A model generated the notes under the pieces. The model had not been told where the DNA came from, searched no databases, and saw nothing but the letters and a program-made list of their open reading frames with translations. Shown piece by piece: positions 30,130 through 39,989 of a stretch of 64,000 bases of DNA; the first letter of the stretch is position 1, and every line of letters begins with the position of its first letter. The stretch covers positions 64,001 to 128,000 of the forward strand of contig CBDDBZ010000035.1 of the NCBI GenBank assembly GCA_965225945.1. Direction: 5' to 3'. The DNA is from Alphaproteobacteria bacterium (GTDB taxonomy: Bacteria; Pseudomonadota; Alphaproteobacteria; GCA-2731375). Made by a program: the position numbers and the translations under genes.

Positions 30130-31508
30130 CCAAGGACGCGGGGCCGGCGCCTTGGCCGGCATATGTCACCCGCAAGCTGGCGACCCGCCTCGGGAAGCTC
30201 GCCCGTACGCGCCTCGCGCCGCGCAGCCTCTTCGGCCGTTCGCTGGTGATCCTGGTGACGCCGGTCGTGCTGTTGCAGCTCATCGCCGGCGCGGTGTTCT
30301 TCGACCATCACCTGCACAAGGTGGCGAAACGGATGAGCCGTGCCGTCGCCGGGGAGATCGCCTTCCTGCGGCGGGCCTACGAGGAAATCGACGACGAGGT
30401 CGTGCTGGGCCAAGTGGTTGCGATGGCGAACCGTCACATGCGGGTCTCGGTTCGCCACGACCCGGACGCGAGCTTGCCGCCGGGACCGCGCGTCTTCGGC
30501 GACACGCCGCTACAGTCCGCCCTGCTGATCAGCCTGGAACGCTTCCTGGAGGCACCCTTCACCGTTTCCTTCAACCAGGAGAACCGCACCTACATCATCA
30601 ACGTCGAGATGAAACGAGGCGTGCTGGAGGCGATCGTGCCGTGCCATCGCTTCACCTCCTCCTCCGCCCACATCCTGCTCTGGTGGGTCGCCGGCTCTAC
30701 GGTGCTGCTGCTGTCGATCGCGATCCTCTTCCTGCACCACCAGATCCGCCCGATCCAGCGGCTCGCCGAGGCGGCCGAGCGCATCGGCAAGGGCCAGGCG
30801 GTGAGCGGCTTCGAGCCCGGCGGTGCGCTCGAGGTGCGCCAGGCCGGCATCGCCTTCGTCGAGATGAGCGAACGGATCGCCCGCCAAATCCGCGAGCGGA
30901 CGGAGATGCTGGCGGGCGTCAGCCACGATTTGCGTACGCCGCTCACCCGGATGCGGCTGGCGCTGGCGATGATTGCGGACGGCCCCGATACCCGGGGCAT
31001 GAAGGCGGACGTCGAGCAGATGAGCCGGATGATCGAGGGCTATCTGGCGTTCGCCCGGGGCGACGGCGGCGAGAGGCCCAGGGCGATCGACCTCGCCTCT
31101 CTGCTGAACGAGGCGGTCGACGCGGTGCGCCGACAGGGCGCCCGGATCGAGCTCCGGGTGGAGGGAGACCTCGCCGGCGAGTTCCGGCCCCAGGCGCTCG
31201 GCCGCTGCCTGGCCAATTTGCTGGAGAACGCGCGGCGCTATGCCGGGCGGACGGAACTCCGGGCCCGACGGGTGGCGGACGCCATCGTGGTGACCATCGA
31301 CGACGACGGCCCCGGCATCCCGGCGGAGCGACGTCGCGAGGTCTTTCGTCCCTTCCATCGCCTGGAAGCCTCGCGCAATCCGGATACCGGCGGCGTGGGC
31401 CTGGGGCTCGCCATCGCCCGCGACGCGGTGCGGGTGCATGGCGGCGAGCTGGCGCTGGAGGCCTCGCCTCTGGGCGGGCTCCGCGTTCGTCTCCGCTTGC
31501 CCGTCTGA
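30117..31508 (+). CDS. EnvZ-like sensor histidine kinase
   Basis: PRSLFGR, HAMP, H-box GVSHDLRTPLTR, N box, DDGPGI, GLGLAI. Confidence 0.92.
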   Translation: MAGLTKDAGPAPWPAYVTRKLATRLGKLARTRLAPRSLFGRSLVILVTPVVLLQLIAGAVFFDHHLHKVAKRMSRAVAGEIAFLRRAYEEIDDEVVLGQVVAMANRHMRVSVRHDPDASLPPGPRVFGDTPLQSALLISLERFLEAPFTVSFNQENRTYIINVEMKRGVLEAIVPCHRFTSSSAHILLWWVAGSTVLLLSIAILFLHHQIRPIQRLAEAAERIGKGQAVSGFEPGGALEVRQAGIAFVEMSERIARQIRERTEMLAGVSHDLRTPLTRMRLALAMIADGPDTRGMKADVEQMSRMIEGYLAFARGDGGERPRAIDLASLLNEAVDAVRRQGARIELRVEGDLAGEFRPQALGRCLANLLENARRYAGRTELRARRVADAIVVTIDDDGPGIPAERRREVFRPFHRLEASRNPDTGGVGLGLAIARDAVRVHGGELALEASPLGGLRVRLRLPV

Positions 31509-31528
31509 AGTTTTTTCCAGCACTCGGG

Positions 31529-31637
31529 CTCGCCGAGGCCGCCGGCGCCCGGGTGATCGCGGCCGCGCGCGGCGCCGCCGAGGCCGATTCCCTGGTCGAG
31601 CGGGTCCGGGAGTTGACCGACGGCAAGGGCGGCGCGT
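31529..31637 (+). pseudogene. short remnant of a zinc-type ADH / NADPH:quinone oxidoreductase gene
   Basis: translates LAEAAGARVIAAA...LVERVRELTDGKG, two hallmark MDR segments with the middle missing; no start or stop of its own. Confidence 0.45.
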
Positions 31638-31692
31638 GTAGGGCAAGCTCGCCCTTGAATCTTCGCGAGATTCCGCTATGGCTCGCGTTACC

Positions 31693-32748
31693 ATGAGCGA
31701 CGCGAACGAAGACGATTCAGCCACCCCCGGCGCGGCGCGGCACCGTGTTTTCGTGACCCTCGCGCTCCTCGTCGGCATCGCGCTCACCGTCGCCCTGGTC
31801 GCCTGGAGCGGCGCCGGCGACCTCGCCGCCCTCTTCACCCGGCTCGGGCTGGGCGACGGACTCCTCGCCCTCGCCGGCGTGATCGCCATCTTTTCCCTGG
31901 TGCAGCTCCTGGACGCGATTGGCTGGGGCGCCCTGATCGAGGCCGCCGCGCATCCCGGCTGGCCGCGGCTCTTGTGGCTCCGCTATCTCGGCAACAGCGT
32001 CAACACGCTGCTGCCGGTGGCCCAGGTGGGGGGCGAATTTGTCCGTGCCCTGCTGCTGGCACGCGGCGGCGTGGCCGCGTCGCGGGCCGGCGCGGGGGTC
32101 GTCGTCGACCTCACCCTCGGTCTCGCGACCCTGGTGGTCTTCGCCGCGCTGGGGGTGGTGATCGCCGTGCTGGGCCTGGGCGGCGGTGGTGGCGGCGGCG
32201 GCGACACCGTGCTCGGCGCCGGCATCGCCACCCTGGTGTTCGCGGGGCTGGTCGGGGGCTTCCTCTGGGCCCAGCGCAAGGGTCTCTTCGGTGCCATGGC
32301 GCATGCCATCGGCGGCTTCACCGTGGGCGCGCGCTGGCTCGCCGTGGTCGGCGGGGCCGAAGCCCTCGACCGGGAAATCGATGCGCTCTACCGCCGCCCC
32401 CGGGCGATCGGCCACTGCGCCTTCTGGCGCCTGGTGGGCTGGCTCGTCGGCGTGCTCGAGGTCTGGGCGATTCTCTGGTTTCTCGGGCAGGACGCGAGCC
32501 TGGCGGAGGCCCTGGTGCTGGAGAGCCTGGGCCAGATCATCCGCAACGCCGGTTTCGCCATACCGGGCGCTCTCGGCGTGCAGGAGGGCGGCTTCCTCGC
32601 CGTCGCCCTGCTGCTGGGCATGGGGCCCGAGGTCGGCCTCGCGATCTCCTTCGCCAAGCGGGCGCGGAGCCTCGTCGTCGGCCTGCCGATCCTGCTCGTC
32701 TGGCAGCTCTCGGAGGGCCGCGCGCTCGCCCGTCGCTTGGAGCGGTGA
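31693..32748 (+). CDS. lysylphosphatidylglycerol synthase TM-domain / HpnL-like flippase membrane protein
   Basis: VNTLLPVAQVGGE..R, ESL...IR..GF.IPGALGVQEGG, KR.R; alternative ATG at 31678. Confidence 0.8.
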   Translation: MSDANEDDSATPGAARHRVFVTLALLVGIALTVALVAWSGAGDLAALFTRLGLGDGLLALAGVIAIFSLVQLLDAIGWGALIEAAAHPGWPRLLWLRYLGNSVNTLLPVAQVGGEFVRALLLARGGVAASRAGAGVVVDLTLGLATLVVFAALGVVIAVLGLGGGGGGGGDTVLGAGIATLVFAGLVGGFLWAQRKGLFGAMAHAIGGFTVGARWLAVVGGAEALDREIDALYRRPRAIGHCAFWRLVGWLVGVLEVWAILWFLGQDASLAEALVLESLGQIIRNAGFAIPGALGVQEGGFLAVALLLGMGPEVGLAISFAKRARSLVVGLPILLVWQLSEGRALARRLER

Positions 32749-32751
32749 GCT

Positions 32752-34794
32752 TCAGTCCCCGACTTGGATGTCCAGCCAGCCGAGCGGCGTGACGACGGCG
32801 CGATCGCCGGGGCGGAGCAGCACGGTGGTGGTCGCGCTCTCGACGATGGCCGGCCCCGCGACGGCCTGGCCCGCGACCAGGTCGCCCAGCCGATAAATCG
32901 GCACCTCGCGCCAACCGTCGAGGTGGATTTGCCGCCGCTGGGCGGGCGGTGCCGGGGCGCCGGTGGCGATCTCCGGCTCAGCTGGCGCCGTCGCCATCAG
33001 GCCAACGGCCGCCAGCTTGGCGTTCACCAGCACCACGTCCGAAGCGGGCAAGGCATAGGTGAAAAGCTGTTCGTGGCGGGCATGGAAGGCGTCGGCCAGC
33101 CGATCCATCAGATTCCCCGCCGCCCAGTCGATCTCGTCCAACGGCACGTCGATCTCGAAGACCTGCTCGCCGTAGCGCATGTCGGCGGCGCGGCGGATCG
33201 CCACCTTGCCGTCGTGCCAGTCGGCCATGCGCGTGCGCGCGTCCGCCTCCAGCTCGCCGTAGAGGGCGCGAAGGGTGCCCGCGTCGATCCGGCGAGTGTC
33301 GCCGATATGGGTCCGCGCGACCTCGAAGCGCAGCTCGCTCGCCAGCATCCCCCAGGCCGAGAGCACCGAGGCCGCGCGCGGCACCACCACGCGGGTGATG
33401 TCGAGCTGGCGGGCGAGCGCGCTCGCGTGCAGGCCGGCCGCACCACCGAAGGCGAGCAGGGCGAAGCGGCGCGGATCGACCCCCCGGCGCACGACGGCGA
33501 GGCGAATCCCTTCCGCCATCTTGGTGTTGACCACCCGGTGGACGCCGGCCGCCGCCGCCACGCGGTCGAGCCCGAGGGACGCGGCCACGGGATCGAGCGC
33601 GGCCGCCGCCGCCGCCCGGTCCAACCGCACCCGGCCACCGAGGAAGTTCCCCGGATCGAGATAGCCCAGCACGAGGTTGGCGTCGGTCACCGTCGCCGAT
33701 CGGCCGCCCCGGCCGTAGCAGGCGGGTCCGGGATCGGCGCCGGCGCTGCCCGGCCCGACCTGGAGCACGCCGCCCGCGTCCACATTTGCGATCGAGCCGC
33801 CGCCGGCGCCCAGCGTCACGATGTCGAGGCTCGGCAGCGCGATCCTCTCGCCGGCGATGCCGCGATCGGCGGCCAGCGTCGGCTCGCCCTCGACGATCAG
33901 CGAGATGTCGGTGCTGGTGCCACCCATGTCGAAGGGAATGAGGTCACCGTGGCCGAGCAATCCGGCCGAGGCGCGCGCGCCCGCCACCCCGCCGGCGGGG
34001 CCCGACAGCACCGCGCCGGCGGCGACCCGCGTCGCCTCGGCGATCGGCACCACGCCGCCGTGCGACTGGATGATCAGGATCGGCGCCCGGCAGCCGAATT
34101 TCGCCATCCGCTCGCTCAGGCGCGCGAGATAGCCCTCGAGGATCGGCCCGACATAGGCGTTCGCCACCGTGGTCGAGACCCGCTCGAATTCCTTGAAGCG
34201 CGGATAGATCTCCGACGAGATCGAGACATAGGCCCGGGGGAGCGCGGCGCGCACCCGCATCGCGACCCGGCGTTCGTGGTCACCGTCGAGATAGGCGTGC
34301 AGGAAGGCGATCGCCACGGCCTCCACCCGGGCCCGCTTCAGGCGGCGCAGCGCGCGTTCGACGGAGGCCTCGTCGAGCGGGATCTCGACCCCGCCGTCGG
34401 CCCGGAGCCGCTCGGCGATCGGCAGCCTCAATTCGCGCGGGACCAAGGGGTCCGGCCGGGCGAGGCGGAGGTTGTAGCGGTCCCACTTCAGGCCCTCGCG
34501 CATCTCCAGGATGTCGCGATGGCCCTCCGTGGTCAGCAGCGCGGTGCGCGGTCCCCGGCGCTGCAACAGGGCGTTGGTGGCGACCGTGGTGCCGTGGACG
34601 ATCCGGGTGGTCTCGGCCAGCAGCCGCTCGGTTCCGATCCCCAGCGCCTCGGCCAGGCGTTTGAGTCCGTCGACCACGCCGAGCGAGGGGTCCTCCGGCG
34701 TCGAGGGTGCCTTGGCGATGGTGACCCGGCCGGCCTCGTCGAGGGAGACCAGATCGGTGAAGGTACCGCCGACGTCGATGCCGAGCAGATACAT
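32752..34794 (-). CDS. hydantoinase A / oxoprolinase family subunit
   Basis: GIDVGGTFTD, HGTTVATN, SGPAGG, DMGGTSTD, GAGGGSIA, SAGA.PGPACYG. Confidence 0.93.
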   Translation of the reverse strand: MYLLGIDVGGTFTDLVSLDEAGRVTIAKAPSTPEDPSLGVVDGLKRLAEALGIGTERLLAETTRIVHGTTVATNALLQRRGPRTALLTTEGHRDILEMREGLKWDRYNLRLARPDPLVPRELRLPIAERLRADGGVEIPLDEASVERALRRLKRARVEAVAIAFLHAYLDGDHERRVAMRVRAALPRAYVSISSEIYPRFKEFERVSTTVANAYVGPILEGYLARLSERMAKFGCRAPILIIQSHGGVVPIAEATRVAAGAVLSGPAGGVAGARASAGLLGHGDLIPFDMGGTSTDISLIVEGEPTLAADRGIAGERIALPSLDIVTLGAGGGSIANVDAGGVLQVGPGSAGADPGPACYGRGGRSATVTDANLVLGYLDPGNFLGGRVRLDRAAAAAALDPVAASLGLDRVAAAAGVHRVVNTKMAEGIRLAVVRRGVDPRRFALLAFGGAAGLHASALARQLDITRVVVPRAASVLSAWGMLASELRFEVARTHIGDTRRIDAGTLRALYGELEADARTRMADWHDGKVAIRRAADMRYGEQVFEIDVPLDEIDWAAGNLMDRLADAFHARHEQLFTYALPASDVVLVNAKLAAVGLMATAPAEPEIATGAPAPPAQRRQIHLDGWREVPIYRLGDLVAGQAVAGPAIVESATTTVLLRPGDRAVVTPLGWLDIQVGD

Positions 34795-34797
34795 CGG

Positions 34798-36465
34798 CTA
34801 GCGCGTCTTGGCCGCGCGGGCGCGAATCAAGCCCTCGCGACGGTCGCGCGCGTCGAGGCCGGCGTCACGCTGCGGGGCCGGTCCCCAGCCGCCACCACCG
34901 CCCGAGTGGATCTCGAAAACGACGCCCGGTTCCACCACCACGCCTTCCTCCTTGGTCAGCAGGCGGCGGCGCCGTTTGCCGGGGCTGCGGATGGCGTAAT
35001 CGTGCGGCCGGCCGTCCTCGCCACCGTTCATGCCGCAGGCGCCGTGGCGGGCGCCGTCGCCGGCGGTATTGACCACGGCCGGTTTCGCCGTCTCCAGCCT
35101 GAGTTCCAGATCGACGCCGGCGCCGCCCCGGTACTTGCCGGCGCCACCGGAATCGGGGCGGAATTCGTGCCGGCCGAAATAAAGCGGATAGCGCGCCTCC
35201 GCCACCTCGATGCTGCCGAACTTCAAGCCGCCGGCGGAATGCCATTCGCCGACCGCGTGCCAGCCGTCGCCGCCGGCCGACGCCCCACCCCCCGGGCGGG
35301 CATGGAAGAGGTGCCAGATGAACTGCTTGCCGGTTCTCGGATCCTCACCCGAGATGGCGATCCGGAAGCGCCGGCCCCAGCCGGCCATGGCCCGCTCGGG
35401 ACAGGCCTGGGCCAGCGCCTTGACGATCGCCTCGATGATCTCCTGCGCGCAGTGCGAGGTGCACAGCGTCACCGGCGCCCCCGGCGCGGCCCAGACCACC
35501 GTGCCCTCCCGCGCTTTGACGGTGACGGCGCGCAACATGCCGTCGTTCTTCGCCACCTCCGGGTCCACCATGTAGGCGATCGCCATGGCCACGGCGGAGC
35601 GCATGTTGGCGTAACTCGAGTTGATGAAGCTGGTGGTCTGGGGATCGGAGCCCTCGAGATCGATCACCAATTCGGAGCCCCTTACCGTGACCTCGGCGCG
35701 GACGGTGATGTCCTCGTTGCCGCGGCCGTCGTCGTCCAGCATCGCGCTCCCGTGGTAGGTGCCGTCGGCCCAAGTCGCGAAGATGGCGCGGGCCTGGCGC
35801 TCGGCCGCGTCCATGATCCGTTCCCCGGCCGCCAGCACGACCTCGGGCCCATATTCCGCCATCAGGGCGCGGACCCGCCGCTCGCCGATATGGACCGAGC
35901 CGATCATGGCGAAGAGATCGCCCTTGAAGTCGCTCGGATGGCGGACGTTGGCGGACAGCATCTCCAACACGTCCTCGCGCAAGACCCCCTGGTCGTGCAG
36001 TTTCAAGGGCGGAATTCTCAGCCCCTCGTGCCAGATCTCCGTCGCGTTCGCGTTGTAGGCGCCGTGGGTGGCGCCGCCGATATCGCTCTGATGTGCCCGG
36101 TTGAGCGACCAGAAGGCCAACTGCCCATCGGCGAAGACGGGGACCACGGCGGTGATGTCGGGCAGGTGGCTGCCACCGTAACAGGGATCGTTCAGCAGGT
36201 AGACGTCGCCCGGCCGGGCCTGGGCGGCGAAGACCTCGGCGACGCTGCGGGCGGCCCAGGGCATGGCGCCGACATGCACGGGGATGTGCTCCGCCTGGGC
36301 CACCAGGTCGCCCTCGGCGGTACAGAGCGCGGCTGAAAAGTCGCGGCTGGAGTTCAGGATCTGGGAATAGGAGGTGCGCAGCATCGCCTCCCCCATCTCT
36401 TCCACGATGGCCGTCAAGCGGTGCTGCATCACCGAGACGGTGATGGGGTCGACGTCGATGGTCAT
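34798..36465 (-). CDS. hydantoinase B / oxoprolinase family subunit
   Basis: EEM...LRT.YS, RDFS, HIPVH, NDP..GG.HLPD, RAH..DIGG, DSGG.G..RGG, GGGGWG. Confidence 0.93.
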   Translation of the reverse strand: MTIDVDPITVSVMQHRLTAIVEEMGEAMLRTSYSQILNSSRDFSAALCTAEGDLVAQAEHIPVHVGAMPWAARSVAEVFAAQARPGDVYLLNDPCYGGSHLPDITAVVPVFADGQLAFWSLNRAHQSDIGGATHGAYNANATEIWHEGLRIPPLKLHDQGVLREDVLEMLSANVRHPSDFKGDLFAMIGSVHIGERRVRALMAEYGPEVVLAAGERIMDAAERQARAIFATWADGTYHGSAMLDDDGRGNEDITVRAEVTVRGSELVIDLEGSDPQTTSFINSSYANMRSAVAMAIAYMVDPEVAKNDGMLRAVTVKAREGTVVWAAPGAPVTLCTSHCAQEIIEAIVKALAQACPERAMAGWGRRFRIAISGEDPRTGKQFIWHLFHARPGGGASAGGDGWHAVGEWHSAGGLKFGSIEVAEARYPLYFGRHEFRPDSGGAGKYRGGAGVDLELRLETAKPAVVNTAGDGARHGACGMNGGEDGRPHDYAIRSPGKRRRRLLTKEEGVVVEPGVVFEIHSGGGGGWGPAPQRDAGLDARDRREGLIRARAAKTR

Positions 36466-36592
36466 GGCCGTCCTCGCGCGGGTTTTGGCTGGGCGAGGAT
36501 AGCCCGCATCCGACGGCGCACAAGGGGCGGGGATGGCTTGCCCTCCTGGATGGTCGTAAGCTCGCGACCGGCGCGGGCGGGGAAAGCGAGGC

Positions 36593-38113
36593 ATGGTCTC
36601 GAAAATCAACACGGTCGCCTTCCAGGGCATCGACGTGGTCGACGTCGACGTGCAAGTGCAGATCGCGGGTGGCCTGCCGACCTTCACCATCGTCGGCCTG
36701 CCCGACAAGGCGGTGGCGGAGAGCCGGGAGCGGGTGCGCGCCGCGCTCTCGGCGATCGGCCTGGCGCTGCCGCCCGAACGCATTACCGTCAACCTGGCGC
36801 CGGCCGACCCGCCGAAGGAGGGCAGCCACTTCGACCTGCCGATCGCCCTCGGCCTGCTGGCCGCGATGCGGGTGCTGCCGGACGGCGAGATGGCGGGCTA
36901 CCTGGCGCTGGGCGAACTGTCGCTCGACGGCTCGCTCACCGCCGTCGCTGGCGTGCTGCCGGCGGCGATCCACGCCAGCGCCAAGTCCCTGGGCCTGATC
37001 TGTCCCCGGGCGCAGGGGGGCGAGGCGGCCTGGGCGGCGGAGATCGAGATCCTGGCGCCGGCCGACCTCTTGGGGCTGATCAACCACGTCAAGGGCGATC
37101 AGGTGCTGACCTCGCCCGAGCCGCGCCTGATCGAGACGCCGAAAAGCGGCCTCGACCTCGCCGACATCAAGGGCCAGGAAAGCGCCAAGCGGGCGCTGGA
37201 GGTGGCGGCGGCCGGCGCCCACCATCTGCTGCTGATCGGCCCGCCGGGCGCCGGCAAGTCGATGCTGGCGGAGCGGCTCCCTGGCCTCCTGCCGAACCTC
37301 GACGCGGGCGAGGCGCTGGAGGTCTCGATGATCCATTCGCTCGCCGGCGCGCTGCCTGAAGGCGGGCTGGTGAGCCGGCGGCCCTATCGCAACCCGCATC
37401 ATTCCGCCTCGATGGCGGCGCTGGTGGGCGGCGGCCGGCGGGGCCGGCCGGGCGAGATTTCGCTGGCCCACATGGGCGTCCTGTTCCTGGACGAGCTGCC
37501 GGAATTTCAGCGCCAGGCGCTGGAGGCACTACGCCAACCGCTGGAGAGCGGGCGGGCCATCGTCGCCCGCGCCGACACCCACGTCCCCTACCCCTCGCGG
37601 GTGCAGCTGGTGGCGGCGATGAACCCCTGTAAATGCGGCTATCTGGACGACCCGGCGCAGGCCTGCCCCAGGGCGCCGCGCTGTGCCCGGGAGTATCAGT
37701 CGCGGATCTCCGGCCCGCTGTTGGACCGGATCGACATTCACGTCGAGGTGCCCGCCGTCAGCGCCGCCGACCTGGGCCTGCCGGCGCCAGCCGAGCGCTC
37801 GGCCGACATCGCCGCGCGGATCGCCGCCGCTCGGCTGATCCAGAAGCAACGCTACGCCGAGCTGGCGCCCGACGCCGGCATCCGCACCAACGCGGGGGCC
37901 AACGGCGAACTGTTGGAGCAGGTCGCGGCGCCCGATGCCGAGGGCCGGCGTCTGTTGGCCGAGGCGACGGGGACCATGCGGCTCTCCGCGCGGGGCTATC
38001 ACCGGGTCTTGAAGGTGGCGCGAAGCTTGGCGGATCTCGACGGCGGCGGCCCCGTCCGCCACCTCCACGTCGCCGAAGCGGTGAGTTATCGCCGGCAGCG
38101 GTTCGTGAACTGA
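36593..38113 (+). CDS. comM: YifB/ComM Mg-chelatase-like AAA+ helicase
   Basis: IVGLPDKAV.ESRERV, KEGSHFDLPIA, GPPGAGKS, PHHSAS, PGEISLAH.GVLFLDE, SGPLLDRID, LSAR...R. Confidence 0.93.
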   Translation: MVSKINTVAFQGIDVVDVDVQVQIAGGLPTFTIVGLPDKAVAESRERVRAALSAIGLALPPERITVNLAPADPPKEGSHFDLPIALGLLAAMRVLPDGEMAGYLALGELSLDGSLTAVAGVLPAAIHASAKSLGLICPRAQGGEAAWAAEIEILAPADLLGLINHVKGDQVLTSPEPRLIETPKSGLDLADIKGQESAKRALEVAAAGAHHLLLIGPPGAGKSMLAERLPGLLPNLDAGEALEVSMIHSLAGALPEGGLVSRRPYRNPHHSASMAALVGGGRRGRPGEISLAHMGVLFLDELPEFQRQALEALRQPLESGRAIVARADTHVPYPSRVQLVAAMNPCKCGYLDDPAQACPRAPRCAREYQSRISGPLLDRIDIHVEVPAVSAADLGLPAPAERSADIAARIAAARLIQKQRYAELAPDAGIRTNAGANGELLEQVAAPDAEGRRLLAEATGTMRLSARGYHRVLKVARSLADLDGGGPVRHLHVAEAVSYRRQRFVN

Positions 38114-38120
38114 GCGAGTC

Positions 38121-39989
38121 TCACGACCTCCCCTCCGGCATCTCGTCCTCGATATCGTCGAAGCTGGCGTAGTTCATCGCGTAGAGCCGGCTGTAGAGCC
38201 CGCCGCTCGCCATCAGGCCTGCGTGGTCGTCGATCTCGTTCACCCGGCCGTCCTGCAACACCACGATTCTGTCGGCGTTCCTGACCGTCGCCAGGCGATG
38301 GGCGATCACCAGCGCCGTCCGTCCCACCAACAGACGCGCCAGCGCGCGCTGGATCTGCAGCTCGGTATAGCTGTCGACGCTCGCCGTCGCCTCGTCCAGC
38401 ACCAATATCCGGGCATCGGCGACCAGCGCGCGGGCGAAGCTCAGCAACTGGCGCTGGCCGAGCGAGAGATTGACGCCGCCCTGCTCGAGCTCGCTTCCAT
38501 AGCCCTTTTCCAGCCGGCGGATGAAGGCGTCGGCGCCCACCGCCTCGGCCGCGCGGACCACCTCTTCCTCGCTCGCCTCCGGGCGGGCATAGCGGATGTT
38601 TTCCAGGATCGTGCCGGTGAAGAGATAGGGCTCCTGCAGGACCATGGCGATATGGCGCCCGAGGGAGGCTTGCGTGAGGTCGCGGACGTCGTGGCCGCCG
38701 ATCCGGACCTCGCCCTCCCAGACGTCGTAGAAGCGGTGCGCCAGCGCCATCAGGCTGGTCTTGCCGGAGCCGGTGGGTCCGACCACGGCGACCGTCTCGC
38801 CCGGCGCCACCCGGAAGGAGACGCCGTGCAGGATTGGCTGGCCCGGCACATAGCCGAAGGTGACGTCGCGGAATTCCACCGCGCCGTCGATTTTCCCCGG
38901 AGCCAGCGCGCCCGGGCGGTCCTCGACCTCGATCTCCACGTCCATCACCTCGAAGATGCGCTGCCCCGCCGCCATCGCCCGCTGCATGATGGAATATTGG
39001 ATGGTCAGCGAGCGGATCGGATCGAAGAAGCGCTGCACATAGAACAGGAAGGCGACCATCACGCCGACGTCGAGCGCGCGCTCCAGCACCAGGCCGCCGC
39101 CGACCACGACGACGATAGCCATCGCCGAGCCGGTCATCGTGTCGACGATCGGGATCATCACGTTGGTGAATTTGGAGGCGGCGAGATGCGCCTTCAGGTT
39201 GTTGCGGGCCTTGTCTTCGAAGAGGCTGAAGTTGACGTCCTCGCGCCGGAGCTCCTGCACCACGCGGACGCCGTGGACGTTCTCCGCCAAGGCGGCGTTG
39301 ACGGCGCTGCTGGCTTCCCTGGCGGCCATGAAGGCGCGCCTCGCCATGGGCAGCCAGACGATCCGCACCAGGAAGATGATCGGCACGACCGAGAGCGTCA
39401 GCGCGCCCAATCTCGGGTCGAGCGCGAGGAGCACACAGACGATGCCGAGCAGCAGGACGAAGTCGCCGATCGCGAAAATCGAGGATTCGAGGAATTCCTG
39501 CAGCGCGTAGACATCGCCCTGCAGGCGCGACATCAGCCGGCCCACCTCGGTCTTGTCCATGAAGGAGAGCGAGACCACCTGAAGATGCGCATACATCGCC
39601 CGGCGCAGGTCGAACAGCAGATGGCTCGCGACCCGGCCGACGATGGTCTCCTGCGTATGGTTGGCGACGTAGTTGACGACGACGACGGCGAGAAAGATCC
39701 CGACCATGAGATCGAGCAGCGCCCGGCCTTCCGCCCCGCTTCCCACCGCGTCGTCGATCGCGTGGCGGATCACCAGGGGAATGGTGAGCTGGCTCGCGGT
39801 GTAGACCATGACGGCGGCGACGGCGATCGCCAGCCGCCGGCGATAGGGCCAGACATAGCCGAACATGCGCCGGACGACCCATTGGTCGAAGACCCGGCCG
39901 AACAGCTCCTCGTCTTGGGAGATCTGCGAGCCGACGACGGCGAGCGGCGGGCGGCGCTCGGCGGGCTCCAGGGTCCGGCCGGCGGTCAC
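38121..39989 (-). CDS. ABC exporter (TMD+NBD), heterodimer subunit 2
   Basis: GPTGSGKT, LSLGQRQ, LDEATA; GTG start overlaps upstream TGA. Confidence 0.9.
   Translation of the reverse strand: MTAGRTLEPAERRPPLAVVGSQISQDEELFGRVFDQWVVRRMFGYVWPYRRRLAIAVAAVMVYTASQLTIPLVIRHAIDDAVGSGAEGRALLDLMVGIFLAVVVVNYVANHTQETIVGRVASHLLFDLRRAMYAHLQVVSLSFMDKTEVGRLMSRLQGDVYALQEFLESSIFAIGDFVLLLGIVCVLLALDPRLGALTLSVVPIIFLVRIVWLPMARRAFMAAREASSAVNAALAENVHGVRVVQELRREDVNFSLFEDKARNNLKAHLAASKFTNVMIPIVDTMTGSAMAIVVVVGGGLVLERALDVGVMVAFLFYVQRFFDPIRSLTIQYSIMQRAMAAGQRIFEVMDVEIEVEDRPGALAPGKIDGAVEFRDVTFGYVPGQPILHGVSFRVAPGETVAVVGPTGSGKTSLMALAHRFYDVWEGEVRIGGHDVRDLTQASLGRHIAMVLQEPYLFTGTILENIRYARPEASEEEVVRAAEAVGADAFIRRLEKGYGSELEQGGVNLSLGQRQLLSFARALVADARILVLDEATASVDSYTELQIQRALARLLVGRTALVIAHRLATVRNADRIVVLQDGRVNEIDDHAGLMASGGLYSRLYAMNYASFDDIEDEMPEGRS

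Noticed and set aside
32180-32203. Poly-Gly codon run in the HpnL-like gene
   Set aside because: Mixed GGC/GGT codons in a loop; in frame and not informative
32764-36336. 1190-aa plus-strand ORF and many other long Arg/Gly/Pro-rich ORFs
   Set aside because: Antisense or alternate-frame shadows of well-supported genes, expected in high-GC DNA
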